A DNA stretch of 64,000 nucleotides, taken from the NCBI GenBank assembly GCA_951813575.1, contig OX638375.1, forward strand, positions 3,498,752-3,562,751, given 5' to 3'. Each line of letters starts with the position of its first letter. The first letter of the stretch is position 1. This document shows positions 9,324 through 19,825 of this stretch, one piece after another. The translations under genes were made by a program, and so were the position numbers. Origin of the DNA: Candidatus Binatia bacterium (GTDB lineage Bacteria; Desulfobacterota; Binatia; UBA9968; JAJDTQ01). The notes below the pieces were generated by a model. The model did no database searches. It saw nothing but the letters and a program-made list of their open reading frames with translations, and was not told the origin of the DNA.

Positions 9324-9607
9324 CCGAGGTACTCCCTTGTCGCCCTTCTGCTGGGGATGATGGTTTTGAGAAACCGTGTTCCTCTCCGTTCCACGTACGG
9401 GACCAGGTACACGTACTCTTCCATGTTCAGAACGATGATCCGCTGGTTCGGATATCGGGATGCATTGGGATGCCTGATGATATCCAGGATGTCGCCATTC
9501 TCGATGTGAAAGACCACGTCTTCAAAACCCACGCCCCGTGTCTTCTCGAGTAGCGCATTCTTTTCATCATCCCAGTCGAATGCAGGCACGTCCGAGAACC
9601 CTCCCAT
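9320..9607 (-). CDS. brnT: BrnT-family toxin (DUF497 ribonuclease)
   Basis: FDWDDEKN...RGVGFEDV......QRIIVL.....YLVPYVERRGTRFLKTIIPSRRATREY matches DUF497/BrnT conserved positions. Confidence 0.75.
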   Translation of the reverse strand: MGGFSDVPAFDWDDEKNALLEKTRGVGFEDVVFHIENGDILDIIRHPNASRYPNQRIIVLNMEEYVYLVPYVERRGTRFLKTIIPSRRATREYLG

Positions 9608-9690
9608 GCTGTGTGCCTTTTGTCAACAGCTTGGTGTTCGTCCGGCGTCCCTACCGAAAATCCCGACTCTTCCTCCGCACCGACTCCAGC
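9606..9690. repeat. Diverged duplicate (copy A) of the dnaE2 3' end and 3' UTR, 1.75 kb downstream of the real dnaE2 terminus
   Basis: About 78 bp with about 90% identity to 11363-11447 (copy B), which spans the dnaE2 stop codon. The minus-strand frame reads ..ALESVRRKSRDFR*, against the genuine dnaE2 end ..VVESV..EPVRRKSRDFQ*. Confidence 0.55.
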
Positions 9691-10157
9691 GCCGTCGACC
9701 TCCGGGGAATCGCGGTAACCGACGCCGAGGTCGATCTCGGGGCGCCTCCGACGTGGTCCTCACCATGAGCGGCGGGGTCCTGTCCGGTTCCGTGGCGGGG
9801 GCGGGGAGCCTTCGGTACTAGGGCACGGTCTCCGAGGAGCGGGTTCAGGTCGCGGGCGTCACCCGTATCGTCCACCACCGGGAGTGAACGGGGCTCCGCC
9901 GGCGCCGCTCGGAATGTCGTGCGCCGGCCGTTCAGGCGATGCGGAGCCGCTTCGATCGAGCCGGAAGCGACCGCGGTGTCACACTTCCTCCGGGGTCGGC
10001 GTGGATGTCCGCGGAATATCCCAGTGTCAAGAAACTCGGAGGTCCACTTCTGTCGATGGGCACCCAAGCTGATCGACCGTGCCATACCGGCGTCAACGCG
10101 GGGGAGAGATTCCAAGACACCGGACTGAAAAATCTTCCATCCGCGGGGGAATCCAAG

Positions 10158-10552
10158 ATGAGTGACTCCAAACGACATGTAACCATTGCTGCGAGGGCCG
10201 TTCCGCCGCGAACGAAGCCATCCAACTACCCGGAGCCGTACTTCAGCCGTATGACCAAACGAGAGCAGAAGCCGCTCGGCGACTTCTTCGGCCTGAAGAA
10301 TTTCGGTGTGAACCTCACCAAGCTGGTGCCCGGTGGTGAGTCCGCACTGCTGCACTCTCACAGCAAGCAAGACGAGATGATCTATGTCCTTGAGGGCGAA
10401 CCAACGCTGGTAGTCGAGTCCGGCGAAACTATGCTCGCACCCGGCATGTGCACGGGTTTCCCGGCGCAGGCGAGGCGCATCACTTGGTCAACCGCACCGG
10501 CGAGGACGTTGTGATTCTGGAGATTGGTGACCGCACTAAGGGCGGCATATGA
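10158..10552 (+). pseudogene. Cupin-domain protein with a frameshift (or sequencing error) near 10470
   Basis: MSDSKRHV...LLHSHSKQDEMIYVLEGEPTLVVESGETMLAPGMCTGFPA then a frame jump. The shifted frame continues AGEAHHLVNRTGEDVVILEIGDRTKGGI* (cupin motif 2). GGGGGAA sits before the ATG. Confidence 0.45.
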
Positions 10553-10914
10553 GTTTCAGAGGGGCGGGAATCGAATGCTCCGGCTGCGGCGGAAGTAGAC
10601 AGCCTGACAGCGCCGAATGGGCGCACCCGCCTCACAGGACTGCGTGACCCGTGGCTCAATCCGACCGACCGAGTCCAGTGTGGACGAACCGGTCGCCGAC
10701 CACTCCACAAGGACAGACTAAGGCACAGGCCATGGCCATACCTTCAGCTTGGTATTTCGAGAGGTTGGGCGTATGATGACAGCGGAGATACCACTTGTGT
10801 CGGCCGACCTTCACCATGGCAGTCGTTCGGGCTGTCCTGAGTGCCAATAGTACGGATGGTTCGCCATCCGGGAAATATCGGTTCAATCAAATAGTGGAAT
10901 AGGGAGAAATTACA

Positions 10915-11274
10915 ATGAAGATGCCAACATCGGTAAAACCCGCCATTTGGGGTGCGATCGGCGGCGCGATCGCTACAATGATCGTCGGTTTCGCCTGGGG
11001 TGGCTGGGTGACGGGCGGGACGGCCGGACAGATGGCCTCGGCAGGCGCCGAGTCGGCTATTGTCTTAGCGTTTGCGCCACTCTGCGTTGCCAAGGCGGAG
11101 CTGCAGCCAGAACAGATCGCGGGCCTGAAGGGAGAGAGTTACTGGAAACGCAGCGAATTTGTCGTCAAGGCCGGCTGGGTTGCCAACGTGAGCGAACAAT
11201 ACCGCTCCGCGGTCGCGGAGGCGTGCGCAGTGACCGTCGTTGAAGCCTTGGAAGCGGCGCCGCCGCCAAAATGA
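10915..11274 (+). CDS. Hypothetical small membrane protein (glycine-zipper TM segment)
   Basis: 119-aa ORF with the strong RBS AGGGAGAAATTACAATG and the TM helix WGAIGGAIATMIVGFAWGGWV. No family recognised. Confidence 0.4.
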   Translation: MKMPTSVKPAIWGAIGGAIATMIVGFAWGGWVTGGTAGQMASAGAESAIVLAFAPLCVAKAELQPEQIAGLKGESYWKRSEFVVKAGWVANVSEQYRSAVAEACAVTVVEALEAAPPPK

Positions 11275-11398
11275 CGCCTTCGTGGTCGCCGCCCAAATCG
11301 ACCTTAGCAGGGCGGAAACGGTGATTCCGGCGCGCGCGGACGAGCACACCGACTACAAGTGTGCCTTTTGTGAACAGCCAGGTGTTCCTCCGGTGTCC

Positions 11399-14559
<3,161 letters not shown>

Positions 14560-14560
<1 letters not shown>

Positions 14561-16092
14561 CACTCCACTTTTCCATGCACGAACCAGCCGTGGCGTTTGG
14601 AATCGTAGTAGACCCACAGCCATGGGCCCTCGCCGGCGCGGACGAAGTGGTACTCGCGGTGCACCCCGGTACCCGAGCCCCACCATCCTCCGGAGATGAT
14701 GTAGGGGCCGGCACTCTCCCGGCCAAGAAAGCCGCCGCGGGTTCGGGCGCCGTCAACTGGGGCGTCGCCGGCCCGGGCATCCCTGACCACGGGCTCGGCC
14801 ATTGCAGCGGGCGGCGCGGGGTCCCTGAGCCGGACGGGCTTGGGGAAGAAACGCCGCACCAGCGGGCGCAGCCGGACCGGTCGCGGCCTCGGCGCCGGCA
14901 CGTCTTCCATGGGCTCCCAGGTGAAGCGCGCCTCCGGAAGATGCCCGGCACGGGGCCGCGCCCGCAGCAGCGCGCCGTCGCCGAACCGGGCGCGCAGCCG
15001 CGCCAGCGCGCGGTTGGCCGCGTCGGGGTCGCGCGCGGAGGCGCCGTGGAAAAGCTCTCCCTGCCGGATATCCGGCGAAGCTCCCCGGAGCTCCATGAGG
15101 ATTTCCGTCACCCCGGCCGGCAGCTCCGTGGCTTCCAGGCGCAGCCGCAAGAGGTCCAGGATCTGTGCCCGGTCCAGGATGGGCCGGGCCGGCCGCAGGG
15201 TCTCGGCCTTCTCCGACTTGTCGTCCAGGCGGAGCTGGAGGAGGAGGGCGGTCATCACCTCGTGGCGCTGCTCCAGCGCTTCAAGCAAAGGCTCCAGCAA
15301 CTCCTCCATGAGCACCGCCAGCCGCTGGCGGTCGCTCTCCGGGTAGTCCAGGAAGACCCCCGCGGCGGTGGGCTCGGACGGCGTCTCCGGATGGAGCGGG
15401 CTCCACAGGTCGCCCGCGGCCAGCCGGTGGAGACGGTGGGCTTCCCGTCCCAGCCGCGAGCGCACCTGGGACGCGGGCAGGTCCAGGAAGCCGCCCAGGG
15501 TGTGGATGCCGAGCCGGGCCAGGAGGTCACGGACCTTGGGGGCGAGGTCGAGACGTTCGATCCGGACGTCGCGGACATGTTTGTGCTCTTCCTCGGGCGT
15601 GCGGAAGACCACGACCCGCTCGCAGGCCCTGGCCGCGGCATAGCTGCCGAAACGCGAGAACCCCACGGCCACGGTGTTGCGAAGGCCGGCGCCGTCGAGG
15701 TCGCCGTGGATGAGCCCGGCCCATTCCTCTAGGCGGGGATGGAGCAGGGAAAGCCCCGAGGCCCCGAGCCAGAACACACCGGGCTCGTCCCGGGAGGGCT
15801 CCACCTCGGCGGCGAAGCGCCGCAGGCGTGGAACCAGGCCGTCCACGGCCTTGTGGATGGCCGAGCGGGAAATGACGTCCGCCCGGAGATGGCGCGAGAG
15901 CGCAAGCCCCGCGCCATAGCTCATGCCCGGGAGGATGCACATGGCCCGCGCCCGATGGTTTACCCAGAGGATGGTCCCCTGGGCCTTGTCCCGGTCCACC
16001 ACCGCGGCGGGATGGTCTTTCCAGTCCGGATGGTCCCGGAGCAGCAGTTGCAGGGGAAAGGCCGCAACGTCAACACAGGCCATCCGTTCCAC
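14560..16092 (-). CDS. imuB: ImuB (catalytically dead Y-family polymerase homolog) of the mutagenesis cassette
   Basis: N-terminal UmuC/DinB-like fold (ACVDVAAFPLQ...). It sits between imuA and dnaE2 and overlaps the imuA stop. Confidence 0.85.
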
Positions 16093-16717
16093 GGCACGAC
16101 TCCATGTGGCTCCATCCCGGAGCCCCCCGCTTGTCCTTGACCATGCGGATTTCCCAGTCGAAGCGGCTGAAGGCAGTCCTCGTGATACTGCCCTCGCCGT
16201 GAAGCGACACCAGGGGCCCCAGCGAGGGCGCGCCCCGCTTCTTGCGGGTGAGGCAGAGGAGCGCCGCGTGGTGCTTCCGGGCCAGCGCCGCCAGGCGGCT
16301 CTGGACCGCCATGTGCATCCGCGCCTCGGCCTTCAGGTCCAGCACCACCAGGCCGAACGCGCCGGAGCGCAGTAGCTGGTCGGCCGCGCGGGACGCGGCG
16401 AGGGCGTCGGGGACCCGGACCACCGGCAGGGCCTCGAGATCGATGCCCCACTCGGCGAAATCCGGCGGGAAGAAGATCGAGTTGCCGAAGCCGATCCACG
16501 CCGCGGGCTCTCCCCGCTGCTGGGCCTGGAGGATCAGCGCGGCCGCGGCGGTGAGGGAAGGGGCCGCGCCCGAGTCCGACATTTCGGTGAGCCGTCCGGC
16601 CAGGGAGGACAGGTTCCAGGCCCTCGGGGTCTCGCGGACAGGCCGGCGCCGTGGCGCCGCGGGGGCGGGGCCCGAAGCCGGTATGGCGTCGTGAGTCTTT
16701 TCGGCGAAAACGTCCAT
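16070..16717 (-). CDS. imuA: ImuA (SulA/RecA-like) of the mutagenesis cassette
   Basis: 215 aa with a RecA-like core (AWIGFGNSIFFPPDFAEWGIDLEALPVVR..GAFGLVVLDL). It sits between lexA and imuB. Confidence 0.75.
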   Translation of the reverse strand: MDVFAEKTHDAIPASGPAPAAPRRRPVRETPRAWNLSSLAGRLTEMSDSGAAPSLTAAAALILQAQQRGEPAAWIGFGNSIFFPPDFAEWGIDLEALPVVRVPDALAASRAADQLLRSGAFGLVVLDLKAEARMHMAVQSRLAALARKHHAALLCLTRKKRGAPSLGPLVSLHGEGSITRTAFSRFDWEIRMVKDKRGAPGWSHMESCRGTDGLC

Positions 16718-16804
16718 GAAAGCTCTCCGTGTCCCGCAAAAGGCAAAGGATCGGGCGCCGGGAACACGCTGTCCCGGATGCCGCGCCCATGCGACCCTTC
16801 GGGT

Positions 16805-17419
16805 TTACCCTTCCAGATAGCGTCTCACCTCCACCACCTTGCCCAGGACGGTGCACTCATCGGCCCTGGGGACGATGGTTGCGAAAGCCGGGTTCTCCGG
16901 GTGCAGCTCGATCCGGCTCCGGCGCAGCCGGAGCCTCTTGATGGTGGCCTCGTCGCCCACCAGGGCCACGACGATGTCGCCCGAGGCGGCTTCCGCCTGC
17001 TGCCTCACCACGACGATGTCGCCCGGAAGGATACCCGCTCCGGTCATGCTTTCCCCCTGGACCCGGAGCCCGAACACTTCCTCCGAGCCCCGTGACTGGA
17101 CCGGGATGTAGCCTTCGCATTCCTCGATGGCCGCCCGCAGCCCGCCGGCCTGCACCCGCCCCAGCAGCGGCACGAACAGCGTCCCAGGCTCCCGGGGCAG
17201 GCGATAGCCTCTGGATTTGCCGTGCGCCTTGACCAGCCGCCCCTCGGCTACCAGGCGTTCCAGATGCTGGCGGGCCGTCTGCACCGCCCTGAACCGGAAC
17301 GCCTCCTGGACCTCCCGCACCGTGGGAGGAAGCTCCTCCAGGATCCGCCTGCGCACGAACCGGTAAACCTTGTCCCGGGTCTCCCCCGGTGGAGTGAAGG
17401 GTGTCATGAGGATGCGCAT
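16805..17419 (-). CDS. lexA: LexA repressor (S24 peptidase, autocleaving)
   Basis: N-terminal winged HTH, then the A-G cleavage site region and the S24 Ser/Lys motifs (GESMTGAGI..GD, IKRL). The start is either ATG 17419 (MRIL) or ATG 17407 (MTPF). Confidence 0.85.
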   Translation of the reverse strand: MRILMTPFTPPGETRDKVYRFVRRRILEELPPTVREVQEAFRFRAVQTARQHLERLVAEGRLVKAHGKSRGYRLPREPGTLFVPLLGRVQAGGLRAAIEECEGYIPVQSRGSEEVFGLRVQGESMTGAGILPGDIVVVRQQAEAASGDIVVALVGDEATIKRLRLRRSRIELHPENPAFATIVPRADECTVLGKVVEVRRYLEG

Positions 17420-17443
17420 ACCAGACTTTTGTCTGGTATGCAA
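17415..17443 (-). promoter_or_regulatory. Candidate lexA operon promoter with a perfect 22-bp palindrome in the spacer (putative LexA operator TACCAGAC-N4-GTCTGGTA)
   Basis: The minus strand reads TTGCAT-accagacaaaagtctgg-TATGCG-cat. The palindrome ATACCAGACAAAAGTCTGGTAT (17418-17439) lies between the -35-like and -10-like hexamers, immediately before the lexA start codon. Confidence 0.45.
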
Positions 17444-17470
17444 GGCAAATCGGATCCGCGACAAAGCGAA

Positions 17471-18154
17471 TCAAGACTCGAAGGCTCTCTTTTCATAAAC
17501 GGCTGCTATCTGCTGGCCATCCCAAACGTAACAGAGGTGCCGCTCCTGGCGGGCGTTGGAAAGCAGCAGCGGGCGGAAGGTCGCGACGCACTCGCCGCCG
17601 TCGTGGCGTATGCTGTCGTAGGCGATGCCGTTGGAGCCTGCCTCGCGGAGCGTTAGTGCGAGGCGCCGGGCGACTGTGTAGTCGTCACGGCGGTAGACTT
17701 CGGGAAAGGCTGCCTGCCGGCCGCGAAGGTCGTGAAGGTCGCCCTCCAGATCGATCGCATAGACCCGCATATCGAGCTCCATGCGGGACTGTGCCGTGGC
17801 GCGCATGAAGCGCGCGCGATGATGCTTGGTTTCTGCAATGGCCGTGTCGAGATCCTTGGCGGCATAGAACACGCCGTAGCTGCCGTCGGAGAATCGGCTA
17901 CCTTCCGGGTTGAGATGGGTGAAGGCCGCCATGATCACGCTGGCGCCAGGGCCGCCGATGCGATCCTCGGGCGGCACCAGCCGGATATCGCCGGCCTCGT
18001 CCCGAAGCCGCGGGTTGGTCAGCGACTCCAGTTCGAAGATCGCTTCCAGATCCCCAGGATCGGCCACCCGCTCGAACAGTTGAATCGGCGGGAAGCGGCT
18101 TGGGACGATCCGCCAGCAGGGCTTCCACTCGAGGCGGACGACCGGCGGCGTCAC
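17471..18154 (-). CDS. RES-domain toxin (type II toxin-antitoxin system, NAD-targeting family)
   Basis: R..E..S signature (GSRFSDGSYGVFYAAKDLDTAIAE ... YDSIRH). A GTG start overlaps the antitoxin stop (GTGA). Confidence 0.8.
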   Translation of the reverse strand: MTPPVVRLEWKPCWRIVPSRFPPIQLFERVADPGDLEAIFELESLTNPRLRDEAGDIRLVPPEDRIGGPGASVIMAAFTHLNPEGSRFSDGSYGVFYAAKDLDTAIAETKHHRARFMRATAQSRMELDMRVYAIDLEGDLHDLRGRQAAFPEVYRRDDYTVARRLALTLREAGSNGIAYDSIRHDGGECVATFRPLLLSNARQERHLCYVWDGQQIAAVYEKRAFES

Positions 18155-18567
18155 GCCCAGCCGCCGCGCTGCGTATCGAGGTACTGGCGTACGACGAAGA
18201 GGTCGGCAACCTGACCCGACAACATGCGCTCCAGAGCCGAGCGCCCGCCGAACAGCGGGGCGCTGTTCGGCCGCTTCACCCATTCATCGGCGGCGGTTTC
18301 GTCAGGCAGCAGGATCTGGAGCGCCTTGTAGATGCCGAGGATGTATGAGATACGCTCCAGCGTGTCCTTCGGCAGGGTTGTGTTCGGGTTCTTCTTCCAC
18401 TTAAAGAAGGTCGACCGCGCTGTCACGCCGAGAAGTGTCATCTGTTCGGCGACCGATAGGTTCCAGAGGCCGGCAATGCGAAAGAAGGTGCGCAACGCCG
18501 GTCCGGAATGCCCCTTTCGGTCGATCATCGTCGTCGAACGGGCGGGCACTTGCATAACTAACTCCAT
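18151..18567 (-). CDS. Xre-family antitoxin with DUF2384 toxin-binding domain (partner of the RES toxin)
   Basis: C-terminal DUF2384 region (TLERISYILGIYKALQILL..EWVKRPNSAPLFGGRSALERMLSG). It lies immediately upstream of the RES gene. The likely start is ATG at 18555 (MQVPARS...) after GGAG. Confidence 0.75.
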   Translation of the reverse strand: MELVMQVPARSTTMIDRKGHSGPALRTFFRIAGLWNLSVAEQMTLLGVTARSTFFKWKKNPNTTLPKDTLERISYILGIYKALQILLPDETAADEWVKRPNSAPLFGGRSALERMLSGQVADLFVVRQYLDTQRGGWA

Positions 18568-18767
18568 TTATATCCTAGTTAGCAAAATAGTCTATATTCA
18601 TACTGAACGCAAGGCAACCTGGGAGGGCATTTACCTCACTGGTATGCCTTGGATCCCATACCACTCGATCCATTTCATGGTGTAAGGGGCTCCACCGTGC
18701 TGGCCGGGCAAAAAATAACAAAGTCCCCGACCGGTGCCGAACCCCCGCCGACGTTACTTCGCAGCGT

Positions 18768-19355
18768 CTACCGCCCCTCGGCGGCGTCGCACTCGAACTT
18801 CCTCCGCGCGGTCCGATGCGCGAGCCTCCCGGCTTCTCCTGAGAGGCTCGGGATGTTCCTGGGCCGGGACGGAGCACGAGACGGTGAATACGGACCGGGG
18901 GCCGAGGTAAGTGTTCCGTCAGCCCGTGAGGTGGGCGAATTAGCGCCTTTCGAGGCCGGGCCACCGCCACGCAGCACGTAGCGGAACCGGTCCCCGAACC
19001 TCTCGTAGCGCGCCACCGCCCGGTGTGTGCCCTTTCCCTTGCGGTTGGCGTAGCTGTCGTGGATGAAGCCGTGCTCGAAGACGGGCTCGCAAACCATGCA
19101 GAAGGCGTGATGGACCACCCGGTCACGGAACGGGGCAGCGGAAACCAGGCGGTGCTTGGGATCGAAGATCTCCATGGTCCGGTAACGGCCCGGCCGGTAG
19201 CGGCCGCGCCGAAACTCGTGCTCCAGTCGCAGTATCTCCTTTTCCTGGTTGGCGAGGAATGCCGCGGCGCCCGGCTTGGCGCGCCTTGCCCAACGCCGCA
19301 CGCCGCGCTGCCGCCGAAAGGGCCGGGAAGGAAGCAATGGCATCGAAGAGGTCAT
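18768..19355 (-). pseudogene. DGR-type reverse transcriptase, N-terminal fragment only (truncated after the YVLRG region; the rest of the ORF is non-RT sequence)
   Basis: Residues 40-128, ...YRPGRYRTMEIFDPKHRLVSAAPFRDRVVHHAFCMVCEPVFEHGFIHDSYANRKGKGTHRAVARYERF..RYVLRG, match RT domains 1-2 of DGR RTs. After that no frame shows RT motifs 3-7 (no YxDD). The gene overlaps avd by 4 nt. Confidence 0.65.
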
Positions 19356-19726
19356 CCGCCTTCATGGCTTTGGTGCGCCTTTCTCCAGGCGCCAATGCGA
19401 TGTCCGGTCTCGTCCAGAGAGCGTGCAGCGTATTCGTAGCGGCGGGAATCGAGACAGCGGAGGCCATAGGCCAAGCGGAACAGAAATCGCAGCTTCTCGA
19501 TGCCGAGGTTGGCGTGGGCGGGCGGCGCGTCCCGGCGCCGGGTGTAGGTGGCTTCTATCAGGGCCTCGAGGACATCCATGGCGGTACTCTGGATACGGTC
19601 GCCGAGAAGGAATTTGTGCGCGCGGGGGAAGCGGTTGACCGCCGGCACGAGCCACAGGATGAAGCGGTAGGGACAGTCGAGGGCCAGCCCGGTCTCCCGC
19701 GCCCTGTCGCTGGCGATCTCGGTCAA
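19352..19726 (-). CDS. avd: Avd (accessory variability determinant) of a diversity-generating retroelement
   Basis: 124-aa basic helical-bundle protein (…FPRAHKFLLGDRIQSTAMDVLEALIEA…KLRFLFRLAYGLRCL..YEYAARSLDETGHRIGAWRKA) resembling bAvd. TTG start. It lies between the FGE-fold target and the RT. Confidence 0.7.
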   Translation of the reverse strand: MTEIASDRARETGLALDCPYRFILWLVPAVNRFPRAHKFLLGDRIQSTAMDVLEALIEATYTRRRDAPPAHANLGIEKLRFLFRLAYGLRCLDSRRYEYAARSLDETGHRIGAWRKAHQSHEGG

Positions 19727-19825
19727 TTAACCCTCGCGGTTACAGGTCTGAAGCAGGATTTCTCATGAGAATCGTCCAGTGGGCTCCGCCCCCTGGACCC
19801 CCCAAGATGTAAAGAGGTAAAGGAT

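Noticed and set aside
10700-10915. Promoter-like TTGGTA-N17-TATGAT upstream of the small membrane ORF.
   Set aside because: Only weak hexamer matches in a lower-GC patch. It was left unannotated because it cannot be distinguished from chance in AT-richer DNA.
16718-16804. Possible second LexA operator between lexA and imuA (gggaacacgctgtccc).
   Set aside because: It is only an imperfect inverted repeat with no similarity to the lexA-promoter palindrome. More likely lexA and imuA are co-transcribed from the upstream promoter.
18570-19800. Searched for a DGR template repeat (about 100 bp similar to 19829-19960, with AAC at the VR-variable codons) around avd and the RT fragment and between the target and avd.
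   Set aside because: No such segment was found by eye. avd and the RT overlap by 4 nt and the 100-bp target-avd spacer is unrelated, so TR is reported as absent or remote rather than annotated.
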